A DNA stretch of 64,000 bases from positions 8,122,001 to 8,186,000 of the forward strand of contig NC_043020.1 of assembly GCF_006345805.1 (NCBI RefSeq), given 5' to 3'. The stretch's first letter is position 1. Every line of letters starts with the position of its first letter. Positions 38,066 to 51,665 of this stretch are shown here, in pieces. The notes below the pieces were generated by a model. The model worked only from the letters and a program-made list of their open reading frames with translations. It searched no databases and was not told the origin of the DNA. The translations under genes were made by a program, and so were the position numbers. This DNA comes from Octopus sinensis (Eukaryota).

Positions 38066-39249
38066 TATTGTTTGTAGGATTGTAATAGCTTTACTGCATA
38101 TAGTTGTGGCCTTTTTCATTCTGAGCTAAATTTGTCTTTCCTTCCTTGGTGGGGGTCACTGAGATAAAGTACCAGGTCACAGACAGTGTATGATAAGTAT
38201 ATATTCCTATAAGGCATCCTAGAAGGGGATGAAACTTTAATTTAAAAGCCTTAAACATAGGACCCCAACATGGCCAAAGTCCAAAATACTGATGCCAATA
38301 AAACTGTGTTATACATTTTTTGTTTTATTTTTTGTTTCCAGGGCTCCAGCATGGTCAGAATCTGTGTATGTGTATATATATATATATGTTTTTTAATGAT
38401 TTAAAAAACATTACCAATGTTGTCATTGTTTAAACCCTAATCAGCCCTGATTGAGGTGTGTACCTATGATGAACCATCCCACCTCACATTAACTCATTTG
38501 CCCTCAATTCACTGAGTTTGTTCCACTTTGCTTCAACTCAACTCATATAACCTCCCCAATTCCCTTCATCTTATTTCATTTCATTCTACCTCACCACAGC
38601 TCATCTTATCCCATCTCAGCTTACCTCATCCCACCTCATCTTCACATCATCCTACCTTGACCACCTCACTTCACTTCAGCTCACCTCATTCCATTACATA
38701 TCACTTCCACTCATCTCATCCCAGCTCCACTCACCTCGTCCTGACTCCACTCACCTCGTTCTGACTCCACTCACCTTATCCTGCCTCCACCCATCTTGCC
38801 CTGCCTCCACTCACCTTGTCCCACTGCCACTCACATTGTGTCACCACCACTCAGTTTGTCCCATCTCCACTCATCATGATACAACTCATCCTACTGTGGA
38901 TTACCTCTGCTCAATTCAACTCATTGTAGCTCACTTCAGCTCATCCACCTAAACCTACCTCAACTCAACTCATCCCACCTCAGTTCACCTCTCCTCCTCT
39001 CAGCTCATCCTCATCCCACCTCAACTTGACTTTTCCTGACTCACTTCAACTTGACTCATCTAACTGCACCTGCCTCATCTCTACTCATCTCACCTCAGCC
39101 CAAACATACCTCAACTCGACTTCTCCCTCTAAGTTAGTGCTAATTATGTAGTGTTAATTACACCACTAATTTACTTAATGATCCATTCTACCTCACTCCT
39201 CACCTCAACACACTTCACTTCATTCCTTGTCCTTTCTCTCTTTTCATAG

Positions 39250-39412
39250 AACTCAAAGCTTCCCTGTTGACAATCCGCTATGAAGAACCACCTTTATTCC
39301 TTTGCCTCAAAGTTGGCAAACCCAAAAACACAACGGTAACCTATGAGGCGCCATTCAGTACTTACGGTAAAGCTAAGAAACCAGAATACTGGTTCACAGT
39401 CTCCCAAGAGAA
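39250..39412 (+). CDS. OXR1: OXR1/NCOA7-family exon (LKASLLTIRYEEPPLFLCLKVGKP...KPEYWFTVSQE), phase 1-2; absent from the ORF track
   Basis: ttttcatag acceptor and gtaagt donor. PLxLCLxxGKP and PEYWF are conserved family motifs. Confidence 0.92.
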
Positions 39413-39944
39413 GTAAGTAGCTCCGTGGTTTCTTGTCATATTGTTGTTGCAGATTTTGTTGTTTTACCCCAGTTCAGGACTGAATAGGTGGATGATCAAA
39501 GCCATTTCAAATCATGATTATTCTATTGTCCAATGTGTCCTTTCTTTGTTTTTAAGACGTTATACTGTAACTTGAGGGAGATTTTACTGCTATTTCTAGT
39601 AACCTTATCGAGGCACCATCATGGCCTTTGCATGGTCTTTGAGATCAATAAGATGGACATGGTTGATGTTCTCCTTGAATAATAACTATTTGATGGCTGC
39701 AAGAAAATGCATGAAGAGGAAAGGAAAGGAGTGGGTAGTGTTAGGGTGAGGTTTGGTGAATGCGACACAGAATGGGTGATGAGAAGAGGAGAGAGGTGCG
39801 AGTCACAAGCCTGAACTGAGGCGGCAGAAGGTCAGCATGTTCCATGGGCTACCACTACTACAATTGTGATAGTGGTAGTAATGATGGTCCTTGAAGTAGT
39901 GGTAGTGTACTAGTACCGTGGTATATTACTGCTGGTATATTACA

Positions 39945-40176
39945 TGGCGGCGAGCTGGCAGAATCGTTAGCAAGCTGGGCGAAATGCTTTGCGGTATTTC
40001 GTCTGCCGCTACGTTCTGAGTTAAAATTCCGCCGAGGTCGACTTTGCCTTTCATCCTTTCGGGGTCAATTAAATAAGTACCGGTAACGCACTGGGGTCGA
40101 CATAATCGACTCAATCCGTTTGTCTGTCCTTGTTTGTCCTCTCTGTGTTTAGCCCCTTGTGGGTAGTAAAGAAATA
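39945..40176 (+). mobile_element. SINE family B with 17-bp TSD
   Basis: GGTATATTACTGCTGGT at 39920-39936 and 40177-40193. Confidence 0.9.
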
Positions 40177-40439
40177 GGTATATTACTGCTGGTGTTGAGG
40201 TAACAGAGACAGTGTACAATGACAGCACTTTCATGGACCAGAGCTTGGTGTGTGTTGCGAAACACTTTTTTTTTCCCCCCATATTATATCCCTATCAAGG
40301 ACACCCATTGACCCCTTCCCAGCTTGCCATTAAATCTCTCTTCATCCATCCATCTTCTCTGCCCGCTATTCTTGGGAAGGTCATGGAGGGAGAGTCCTCA
40401 GGCACCTTCGCAATAGATCCTATCAAAAGCAACCGTCAT

Positions 40440-40740
40440 GACACTTTCTGAAATTGGGTTCCTCCAAAGGATCTCTGGAGTACTCAAGTACTCAACAAGG
40501 CGCATAGCTCAGAGATTGGGAGTGTCTCCAGGCCTAGCTACTAATTGTCTGCTTTGAGCAGCCACAGCTCCAGTACTATGGACTTGTGATTAGAATGTTG
40601 AAGATAGGAATCACAAGATGAATTCTTCAAGCTGAGCCAACTGGCTGGAGACCAAGAGGTAAATCAAGAACAAGATGGTTGGATAATATCTACAGTCTCC
40701 ACTAGTCATGCTTAGGAATCTAGCCTGAAAGTGGAATGAG
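40440..40740 (+). mobile_element. Degraded RTE-type LINE 3' coding end
   Basis: ILQAEPTGWRPRGKSRTRWLDNI matches the G.RPRGRPR.RW.D motif. Confidence 0.6.
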
Positions 40741-40865
40741 AGTTGCAAAAGCAAAAGCCTCTCTCCTGAGATTTAAAATCAGAATTTTTTGCCTTGTACT
40801 TGTCTGACCCTCCTACTAAATAAAGCCACTGGAAACCTACCTTGTCGGTATTTTTTCTATTTCAG

Positions 40866-41049
40866 AGCTGATAACTTCTATGCATTCCTTCTTCATTGGA
40901 AACCAGAAATCTATGGAGACGATGAAGAAACGGAAGCCCGCAAACTGGGTTTTGTGATTTTTGACAACAGCAGTAACCAAGCCGAGGATGATCTAGATAT
41001 TTTAGATGGCTATTTTGGACACCGAGAAAGTATTTCCAAAGACTGGGAG
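40866..41049 (+). CDS. OXR1: OXR1/NCOA7-family exon (ADNFYAFLLHWKPEIYG...LGFVIFD...SKDWE), phase 2-0
   Basis: ttctatttcag acceptor and gtaagc donor. WxPxxYG, GFV and KDWE motifs precede the TLDc region in this family. The seven core exons total 1839 nt (613 codons) with no stop. Confidence 0.93.
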
Positions 41050-41804
41050 GTAAGCTTTATACAAAACCAAAATATACAAACAAAACACATCAATGCTTAT
41101 TGGTCTATTCACCTCTTATTTAGATGTTACCTATTTTAGCTATCTATTATCTGCTAATCTGTTATTTACCTAACATCTGTGTTAATCTACTTATCTAGTG
41201 TCTATTTATCTATTATCTATTCTGTTATCCATATCAAAATATCTGTTATCCATTTACTATTATCTTTAGCTATTTACCAACTATGTGTTTATTATCATAT
41301 TTAGCTATTATCTATCATCTATTAATCTGTTTATCTATAACTAGCAGTTATCTATTATTTATTTAGTATTAACATTTAGCTGTTTACTTATTTTCTGTTT
41401 ATCTATTTGTTATCTGTTTAGCTATTTTCTACTTATCTGTTATCTATTATTTATTTTCCTATAATCTATTAATCTTTTATCTATCATCTATATTCTCCTT
41501 GCTATTAATCTATCTCGCTATCTATCTATCTGTCGTCTTATCTCTTACCAATTTGCCTCTCATCTATTTTTCTATTCTCCCCCCGTCTCTCTCTCTATAT
41601 ATATATACATATAGACCACTTGCATTTTTTTCCCTCTGTCCTCCCACCTCGGGATCTTTCTTTCTCCTATGTTTCCGACGAAGAGCTCCGCTCGAAACGT
41701 CATACCCTCCGTCTTCCCTTTTTTCCTGAGCGCCCAATAATACTTTATTTGTTCCACATCCTCGCGTTGTTGTCTTTTTGTTTTCTTGTTTGGATTAACT
41801 TTAT

Positions 41805-41863
<59 letters not shown>

Positions 41864-43086
41864 GTATATATATATATGTTATCTATTCCTTTTTTATCTA
41901 TTTTGTTGTATGTTTTTTATAAGGGCGTGCATGTCTGTGTGTGTTATGGTTTTCTATTTCGTAAGTTGCATACAATTCTGTGACCCTCTCTCAATTCAAG
42001 AAACAAAATCCCACAAACAGTCCCTTTTCAGTTCCAAAACTTCAATATTCTGTTGAAAGACCAAAGGTTAAACATTATTCCCGTCTTTCTGCCCACTCAC
42101 TAACTACCCTCTCCATTCTGTCTTTCTCGCTTTACCCAGCACCTTCTGAATGTATAAGTTCACTCACCTCAGCACCATCATTAAGCTCCCATACATTATA
42201 TCAAACAATTCATCCTGACTTTCTTTAGTTTATTAACCAGGAGCGATTTGTAATTGCATTAATGCCCAAATGATTAATACCAGTAAGTGATTTCACAAAA
42301 TCAGGGGTTTTCATTAACAAAAGCTTGATTATCAAAGAATAAAGCTCTGCTATGTAGAACTGTGAGTCAATGCAATGTATAGTGTAAACATTCAAACATT
42401 ATCATTATCTTTCCAAATCCTGTTGCATTTCTCATGGACTTTTTGGTCTTCCAAAGTAGTTTTGGTATACAAGTTGACCTACCTGTTTTGGCTGTAAAGT
42501 TTGGTCTGGGAAATCACGTATGTCAAGAAGTATGGTGACTTGTCTTTTATGCCACAAAACCAAATCGTTGTAGCACAGCTTAAATATTCCTCTGCTAATT
42601 ATACCTAACTCTGGTTTAACTAGGTTAATTATTCTGCACCACTTAGAATAATTACCCTTAGAATCACTCTCAAGGTTTGTTTTATGGTCTTTAAGTGTTA
42701 TGTAAGAGCACCAGGGTGCCAGGCATTCTACCCTGTCATCTACTTTAGCCTTGCTTTTAATTCTTAGATTTCTAAATTAAATGGACTTATATAAGTCTTG
42801 GCTTTAGACTTACAATAAAAGATTCTTACATTGCTAGATAAAAATGTGTGTGTAAGTATACACACACACACACACACACACACAGATATATATTTATATA
42901 TCTGTGTGTGTCTGCTTATGTCACCATAACTTAATGGTTTGGCAAAAGAGACTGATAGAATAAGTACTAGACTTACAAAGTATAAAGCCCTGGGGTCAAC
43001 TGTTTCAACTAAAATCCCCTTTAAGGTGGTGCTCCAGCATGGCCACAGTCAAAATGACTAAAACGAATAAAAAAGATTATATATAT

Positions 43087-43725
43087 AGGCGCAGGAGTGG
43101 CTGTGTGGTAAGTAGCTTGCTAACCAACCATATGGTTCCGGGTTCAGTCCCACTGCATGGCATCTTGGGCAAGTGTCTTCTGCTATAGCCCCGGGCCGAC
43201 CAATGCCTTGTGAGTGGATTTGGTAGACGGAAACTGAAAGAAGCCTGTCGTATATATGTATATGTATGTGTTTGTGTGTCCCCCTAGCATTGCTTGACAA
43301 CCGATGCTGGTGTGTTTACGTCCCCGTCACTTAGCGGTTCGGCAAAAGAGACCAATAGAATAAGTACTGGGCTTACAAAGAATAAGTCCCGGGGCAAGTG
43401 TCTTCTGCTATAGCCTCAGGCCAACAAAAGCACTGTGAGCAGATTTGGTAGATGGAAACTGAAAGAAGCCCATTGAATATATAGATATATATGTGTATGT
43501 GTGAGTCTTTGTGTCTAACCCCCCCCCCCCCCGCGCCATCACTGCTTGAAAGCTGGTGCTGTGTCTATGTCCCCATAACTTAGCAGTTTGGCAAAAGAGA
43601 GCAATAAAATAAGTAGCAGGCTTTAGAAAAAAGACAAGTACTGGGGGTCGATTCAACTGACTAAAATTCTTCTCGGCAGTGCCCCAGCATGGCCGCAGTC
43701 TCTAACGACTAAAACAAGCTGAAGA
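43087..43725 (+). mobile_element. Chimeric SINE A: a young copy truncated at about 43394, fused to an older subfamily copy
   Basis: The junction AATAAGTCCCGGGG|CAAGTGTCTTCTG switches from the 3' part of the young copy to the core of a diverged copy. Confidence 0.8.
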
Positions 43726-44560
43726 TAAACACTAAAAGACATACATAGGGAGATAGATAGAGAGAGAGAGGGAGATACGTGTGTGTGTGTGTGCATGCAT
43801 GTGTATGTGTATTTATGCACATGCTGTTATACACACACACTCACACACATTTTATTGCTCTCTTTTGCCAAACTGCTAAGTTATGGGGACATAGACACAG
43901 CACCAGCTTTCAAGCAGTGATGGCGGGGGGGGGGTAGACACAAAGACTCACACATACACATATATATCTATATATTCAATGGGCTTCTTTCAGTTTCCAT
44001 CTACCAAATCTGCTCACAGTGCTTTTGTTGGCCTGAGGCTATAGCAGAAGACACTTGCCCCGGGACTTATTCTTTGTAAGCCCAGTACTTATTCTATTGG
44101 TCTCTTTTGCCGAACCGCTAAGTGACGGGGACGTAAACACACCAGCATCGGTTGTCAAGCAATGCTAGGGGGACACACAAACACATACATATACATATAT
44201 GTATCTATATGTCAGTCCTGTCTACAGAAACACACAGCCTAATCTTATCGTGTAAGGTATCGTCTGTCAGCTATCTGCTGCGTATTGAGTCAGTTGGCCA
44301 ACTTCGTGATCCTCCAGCTGTAAGAGCAAAGAAGTTTCGTGGCAAAAATGTTACCATTTCCAGTTGTAAATAATGCAGCTGGCTGCAGATTCTCTCCAGA
44401 TTAACAGCACTTCTTGCAGGCGATATGTTTGTACATGTAGAACTAGCATGTTTATCTTTCTGACAATCTGTGTGTCCACCCCCCACAAATATTTGTATAT
44501 ATGTGTATGTATGTATGTATATGTGTGTGTGTGTACATGCGTGTGTGTATATATATATAT

Positions 44561-44977
44561 ACTCTTTTTACTCTTTTACTTGTTTCAGTCATTTGACTGC
44601 GGCCATGCTGGAGCACCACCTTTAGTCGAGCAACTCGACCCCGGGACTTATTCTTTGTAAGCCCAGTACTTATTCTATCGATCTCTTTTGCCGAACCGCT
44701 AAGTGACGGGGACGTAAACACACCAGCATCGGTTGTCAAGCAATGCTAGGGGGACAATCAGACACACAAACACACACACATACACACATATATATATATA
44801 TATATACATATATACGACAGGCTTCTTTCAGTTTCCGTCTACCAAATCCACTCACAAGGCATTGGTCGGCCCAGGGCTATAGTAAAAGACACTTGCCCAA
44901 GATACCACGCAGTGGGACAGAACCCGGAACCATGTGGTTGGTTAGCAAGCTACTTACCACACAGCCACTCCTGCGCC
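44561..44977 (-). mobile_element. SINE family A
   Basis: Full-length reverse copy. Confidence 0.9.
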
Positions 44978-46414
44978 ATATATATATATATATATATATG
45001 TCAGAAATATTAAATTTCTAAATATCTCATAGAGATATGTACGGTGGTGGGGCGATAGAATGGTTGTATACTGTCAATCTAACGTGAACGTGACAGTAGG
45101 GGATTACACCACCGCTTTTTAGCCCTAGGAAGCATCGACGCTTCCTGATGGCTTCGACACATTTTTTTCCTGTGTCCTTATATATTTACGAAGGACATAA
45201 TATATGTAAGGATATAATATATGTAAGGATATAATATATGTAAATATATAAGGACACAGGAAAAAAATGTGTCGAAGCCATTAGGAAGCGTCGATGCTTC
45301 CTAGGGCTAAACAGCGGTGGTGTAATCCTCTACTGTCACGTTCACGTTAGATTGACAGTATACAACCATTCTATATATATATATATATGATAATATAAAT
45401 AATATATAAATATATGCATATATACATACGTATATGTAGATACCTACATATGTATGTATATATACATGCATATATGGGTACAGGACATCAAAAAAATATT
45501 GAACACAATGAGAAACGAAAACATAAAAACAAAACCATAGAGACGAGACATGCAACCTAAAGAATATTCCCCTTCTTCAGTTGTCCCTGTTTCATCTACT
45601 CCACGTTTCGAAGGCAAGGACAATAAGCGACTTCGTTGAAACAGTCCTTCCTGCAAGGCAAATTAAATAAAATTTGGGATTTTTTGGGTGAAAGTGGTAA
45701 CAAGAACAAAACTGTAAAAACAAATGGTGAGGGCTGTTGAGCCAAGACAAGAGTAGTATATATATATATATATATATATATGTGGTGTGTGTGTGTGTGA
45801 GGAGGAGACAGGAGGGTTTCCTCAAACTGGAGAACTGGCCTGGATGCTTATTACAGCGAAGTGGACTCTACTAAAGGTAGTGAAGATGCCAGGTCGGGGT
45901 ATTAAAGCAGGCAGTGAGTTAAGTCTGTTGCCCATATAGGCCATTGTGGAGTTTGAACTTGGATTGTAAAACAAAAGTTTTTGGGGGACAAAAATTGTTT
46001 GGCATTTGGTCTGACTTCCTCTCAGTTTCTCCACTGAGTTGGTACTTTTGGTATTTTATTATTTTCTGTTTTTATTGACCCCTGGAAACACGAAGGGCCA
46101 GTCTAGCTTGATAGGATTTGATCCCAGATTGCAGAAAGTCGGAAATAATACCACCAGGCATTTGTAATCAAGGCTGTCCCGGGACAAGAGCTGAATAGGA
46201 AACTGGGTTATGCACACACATACACACTTATCCATTTCATACTCATATATGCATACATACATTCATATACATATACGCACCTTGATATACACATATGCAC
46301 TCCTACACTTATACTCGTACACACACACTAATATAAACACACAAACACATACACACATACACCAACAGATTATATTATACACTTACATATATACACACTG
46401 ATATTATACATCCA

Positions 46415-46812
46415 GACGCAGGAGTGGCTGTGTGGTAAGTAGCTTGCTAACCAACCACATGGTTCCGGGTTCAGTCCCACTGCGTGGCATCTTGGGCAAG
46501 TGTCTTCTGCTATAGCCCCGGGCCGACCAAAGCCTTGTGAGTGGATTTGGTACGGAAACTGAAAGAAGCCCGTCGTATATATGTATATATATGTATGTGT
46601 GTGTGTGTGTTTGTCCTCCCCCACCATTGCTTGACAACTGATGCTGGTGTGTTTACGTCCCCGTAACTTAGTGGTTCGGCAAAATAGACCGATAGAATAA
46701 GTACTGGGCTTACAAAGAATAAGTCCCGGGGTCGATTTGCTCAACTAAAGGTGGTGCTCCAGCATGGCCGCAGTCAAATGACTGAAACAAGTAAGAGTAA
46801 AAGAGTAAAAGT
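46415..46812 (+). mobile_element. SINE family A
   Basis: Same family sequence. Confidence 0.9.
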
Positions 46813-47589
46813 ATGCATATACACACACATACACACTTACTCATATACCCCACCACACACACACCAATATACACAGACATAGCTAAGCACTCAGCACTTA
46901 ATCATTGAATCCAGTTAAACACTAATGAGTGTTGTTATTGTATAATGTACCCTGCCCCCATGCACGCACATTCTTTGCAGATGTCCCTCTATAGCCCAGG
47001 AGCTTTCAGATACAATGGTTTACGTCATCCTCATCCTACCCCTTGCTCTGTCTTGTTTCCTCTCTCTCCTTCACTCTTTCCTCATATCCAGAATGACAAG
47101 CGGCCGGACAGACAGACACCCCCCCCACACACATACACACATTGTGTGTGTTGCTTACATACATGCACAGTGTTGCATATACTAGCATGTATAAACAAAC
47201 ATTGAAATAGAAAACGCACAATCACACATACGCATGTACATGCATGCACAATGTTGCACACACACATAAGTGTGCATAAGCATACAACTGCAAAACACAC
47301 ACACACACACACACGCATGCAGATATCAAGGAAAACTCCTTCCCCCACCCTCCATCAACCCCTCCCCCTCACATCCCCCCCCCCGAAACCCCAGTCATGG
47401 GGGTGGTGGTGCAGGGAAGGTGAGGTACAATTTACTAGGGTCACATGTTGTAAACTGAACCAAACACCAAGATCCAACATCCTGTCTGTCATTTCCTAAT
47501 TGACACGTCCCTAATTAGGGATTAAGGATCTGTGGGTTTAGGGGCTGCCTAAGAAATGCTCTTGAGGTTTAACTTTTATGGAATCTTCT

Positions 47590-47985
47590 TTTACTTGTTT
47601 CAGTCATTGGACTGTGGCCATGCTACAGCACTTCCTTGAAGGGTTTTAGTTAGACAAATCAACCCCTATACTTTTTTTTTTCTTTTTTACGTCTGGTATT
47701 TATTCTATGAATCTCTTTTACCGGCCTGCTAAGTTATGGAGATGTAAACAAACCAACACTGGTTTTTTAGTTGTAGGGGCAGATACACATACACACACAC
47801 ACACATGCACACGCAGTGGGCTTCCACATAGTTTCCATCTACCAAGTTCACTCACAAGGCATTGGTTGGTCAGGGCTAGAGCGGAAAAAAGACACTTACA
47901 CAAGGTGCCATGCGGTAGGACTGAACCCAAAACCACATCGTTGCAAAGTGGGCTTTTTAATCACACAGCCATGCCTGCACTTGTA
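47590..47985 (-). mobile_element. Older family-A-related SINE
   Basis: Diverged head (CACACAGCCATGCCTGCAC), core and tail. Similar old copies at about 1850-2178 and 25965-26180. Confidence 0.7.
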
Positions 47986-48372
47986 ATGCAACCGTGATTC
48001 ATCATCGCTAACATTCTTCCCATCTTTCATACATAATCTGTAGCGTATCATCGTTATCAGTCTCAAGATCATCAAAAATAATCCCGTCAAAGGTTACTCC
48101 GTCAATACCCTGTCAATGAATTACCCCATCAAAGATTGTCCCCATTGAAGACTACTTCATCAAAGATTATCCCATCACCATATTTGTCTTAGATGGCAGA
48201 TTGGCAGAGACCTTGGAACATCAGATAGAGTGTTCTGCAGTATTTGTTTTGACACTTGGCATACTCCGAGTTCAAATTCTGTTGAAGTCAATTTGGCCTT
48301 TCATCTCTGGTGGGGTTTGGAAAAAAAGTTACCTGAAAAAAATTACCTATTAAAATGCTGAGGATTAGCAGA

Positions 48373-48785
48373 ACTCTTTTTTTTTACTTGTTTCAGTCAT
48401 GTGACTGTGGCCATGCTGGAGCACCGCCTTTAGTCGATCAAATCGACCCCAGGGATTATTCTTTGTAAGCCTAGTACTTATTCTATCGGTCTCTTTTTTG
48501 CTGAACTGCTAAGTTACGGGGACGTAAACACACCAGCATCGGTTGTCAAGCGATGTTGGGAGGACAAACGGACACACAATCACAGACACACAAACACACA
48601 CACACATATATATATACATATATATGACGGGCTTCTTTCAGTTTCCGTCTACCAAATCCACTCACAAGGCTTTAGTCGGCCCGAGGCTATAGTAGAAGAC
48701 ACTTACCCAAGGTACCACGCAGTGGGACTGAACCCGGAACCATGTGATTCGTATGCAAGCTACTTACCACACAGCCACTCCTATG
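48373..48785 (-). mobile_element. SINE family A
   Basis: Full-length reverse copy. Confidence 0.9.
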
Positions 48786-49313
48786 CATGTAGGAGAACTG
48801 TATAAACTGTAAAGACATCAGACTGAATTTCTTGTGGTATTTATTTATACTTTGACCCTTCATCTCTTATCTGACTCTTTGCATCTCCTTCTGTTCATTT
48901 TCTCCTCCCCTACTAAATGTGAGTAGCCTTGTAGCTCTTCCCTTAAAAGAACTGGGTCTGTTGTCCACCCCATCCTCTTCTCTCATACTCTAACCTCTCA
49001 TCTCATGGCAATAAAACCAACACCCTCCTCTCCCACAGGATTCGTGGTCTTGTCAGTTGCATGGTGACCTCAATAGCACTAGTGTCATGGAAAAAGTACT
49101 CAATACATGCTGCAGAGTGGTTGATGTTAGGAAGGGCATCCAGCTATAGAAACCCTGCCACAGCAGGCATTGAAGCCTGCGGCAGTCCTTGGATTCTGCC
49201 AAGCCATCCAACCCATGCCAGCATGGAACATAGACGTTAAAATGATGATAATGCATTCATTGTATGTGTATGTGTGTGTGTGTATGTGTGTGCGTGTGTG
49301 TGTGTGGATAGTG

Positions 49314-49693
49314 TAGGCGCAATGGCCCAGTGGTTAGGGCAGCGGACTCGCGGTCGTAGGATCGCGGTTTCGATTCCCAGACCGGGCGTTGTGAGTGTTT
49401 ATTGAGCGAAAACACCTAAAGCTCCACGAGGCTCCGGCAGGAGATGGTGGTGATCCCTGCTCTACTCTTTCACCACAACTTTCTCTCACTCTTACTTCCC
49501 GTTTCTGTTGTACCTGTATTTCAAAGGGCCGGCCTTGTCACTCTCTGTGTCACGCTGAAAATCCCCGAGAACTACGTTAAGGGTACACGTGTCTGTGGAG
49601 TGCTCAGCCACTTACACGTTAATTTCACGAGCAGGCTGTTCCGTTGATTCGGATCAACCGGAACCCTCGTCGTCGCAACCGACGGAGTGCTTC
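49314..49693 (+). mobile_element. tRNA-derived SINE family C (about 380 bp)
   Basis: A box TGGCCCAGTGG and B-box-like GTTTCGATTCCC. Homologous copies at 62697-63076, 15201-15409 (5' part) and about 27830-28030 (3' part). Confidence 0.88.
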
Positions 49694-50329
49694 CAAGTGT
49701 GTGGATAGATGGGTGGATAGATAAATAGACAGACAAACAGACTCACACACACACACACACAGGTAACATGCAATCCAAGATACTTTTCTGTCTGAAAATA
49801 TAACATCTGCTGTTGAGTCTGTTTGTCCAAAGCTGGACTCGCTAGTCATATAAGATCTCATGACAGCATTTATTAATTCAAGAGATGGCCTTCTTATGCT
49901 AAGAAGTAGCAATTACCACATGTAACATACATACATACATACATCCTACATACATATACACATACACATATACGTATACATAACTCACACACTTGCGTAC
50001 AGTTTAATCCGATCAGCTGGCCAATTACTAAGGCCACTGGACCAGATTAAATAAATAAGCTATTGCACTCAACATTCGTATTGAATACTTATCTATATCA
50101 TTACTCAATAATGTGTGTGCGTGCATGCATGTGTGCGTGCATGCATGTGTGCGTGTGTGTGTGTGTATTATATATATGTGTGTGTGTGTTGTGTGTTCGC
50201 GTATGTGCGTATGTACATTCTCACATGTGCACACGTACAAATTCACATGCAAGTAAATATGTAGTTATTTTGACTGTGGCTGCTGCTGCAATACATCAGT
50301 TTGGTGAGATAGACAAGGGGGAGGGACGA

Positions 50330-51416
50330 GGGTGAGTGAGAGAGAGAGAGGGAGAAAGAGGAGAGAGAGAGAGAGAAAGAGTGAAAGAGAGAGAGAGAGA
50401 GAGAGGTGTTTAGTAGAGTAGTGTGGAGGTGTTGAGTCAGTAAGAATGGATTACTGTGGCGGCGGCAGTGGTGGTGGGTGTATGTGGCGGCGGTGGTGGT
50501 GGTGGTGGTGGTGGTTGGTGGTGGGGGTGGTATCAGCGGCGGCAGTGGTGGTGGCAGTGGTGGTGATAGTGGTGGTGATGATGGCGGTGGTGGTGGTGGT
50601 GTGGCGGAGTGATGATGGCGGTGGTGGTGATCGCGGTGGTGGTGGTGGTGATGTTGTTGGTGGTGGTGGTGGTGATGATGGTGGTGGTGGGGTGATGGTG
50701 GTGTGTGATAGTGGTGGTGATTGATTGGGGCGGTGGTGGTGGTGGTGGCGGCAGTGATGATGGCGGTGGTGGTGATCGCGGTGGTGGTGGTGGTGATGGT
50801 GGTGGTGGTGGTGTGGTGATGGTGGTGGTGGTGGTGATGGTGGTGGTGGTTATAGTGGTGGTGATGATGGCGGGGTGTTGGTGGTTGTGGCGGCAGTGAT
50901 AGTGGCGGTGGTGGTGATCGCGGTGGTGGTGGTGGTGGTGGTGGTGGTGGCGGCAGTGATGATGGCGGTGGTGGTGATCGCGGTGGTGGTGGTGGTGGTG
51001 GTGATCGCGGTGGTGGTGGTGGTGGTGGTGGTGGTGGTGGTGGTGGTGGTGGATGTATGTGAAAAGTAGAATGCTAATGTGATGTAAATGTGTGTGAAGA
51101 GAGAGAGAGAGAGGAATAAAGTTAGGGGCGAGATGTGCGTGAGAGAAGGGGGGGGAGTGAGAGAGAGCGAGAGAGAGAGGTGAAAGAGGTAGAAAAAGTA
51201 AGATGAAGATGAAGGTAAGGGTGGAGTGGGATGCGGCGGTGGGGTGGGATGAGGGTAGAGAAGTCAAAAGGAGTGGAGGTTGTGGTGGAGGGAAGGCAGC
51301 AAGGTTAATCTGTATGGGGAGTGAAACAGAAGCTGAGTGAGAGGGTATCTGTGTGCATGTGCGTGTGTGCATGTGTGTGTGTGTGTGTGTGTATGTGTGT
51401 GTGGTATGTGGTGTGA

Positions 51417-51448
<32 letters not shown>

Positions 51449-51665
51449 TGTGTGTGTATGTGTGTGTGTGTGTGCGTGTGTGTGTGTGCATGTGTGTGTG
51501 TGTATATGCATGTGTGTGTGTGTATGTGTGTGTGTATGTGTGTGTGCATGTGTGTGTGCATGTGTGTGTGTATGTGTGTGTGTATGTGTGTGTGTGTATG
51601 TGTGTGTGCATGTGTGTGTGTGTGTATGTGTGTGCACGCCAGCTTAGAGAGAGAGAGAGAGAGAG
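50330..51665. repeat. Block of (GA)n, (GGT)n-rich and (GT)n simple repeats
   Basis: Direct inspection. Confidence 0.9.
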
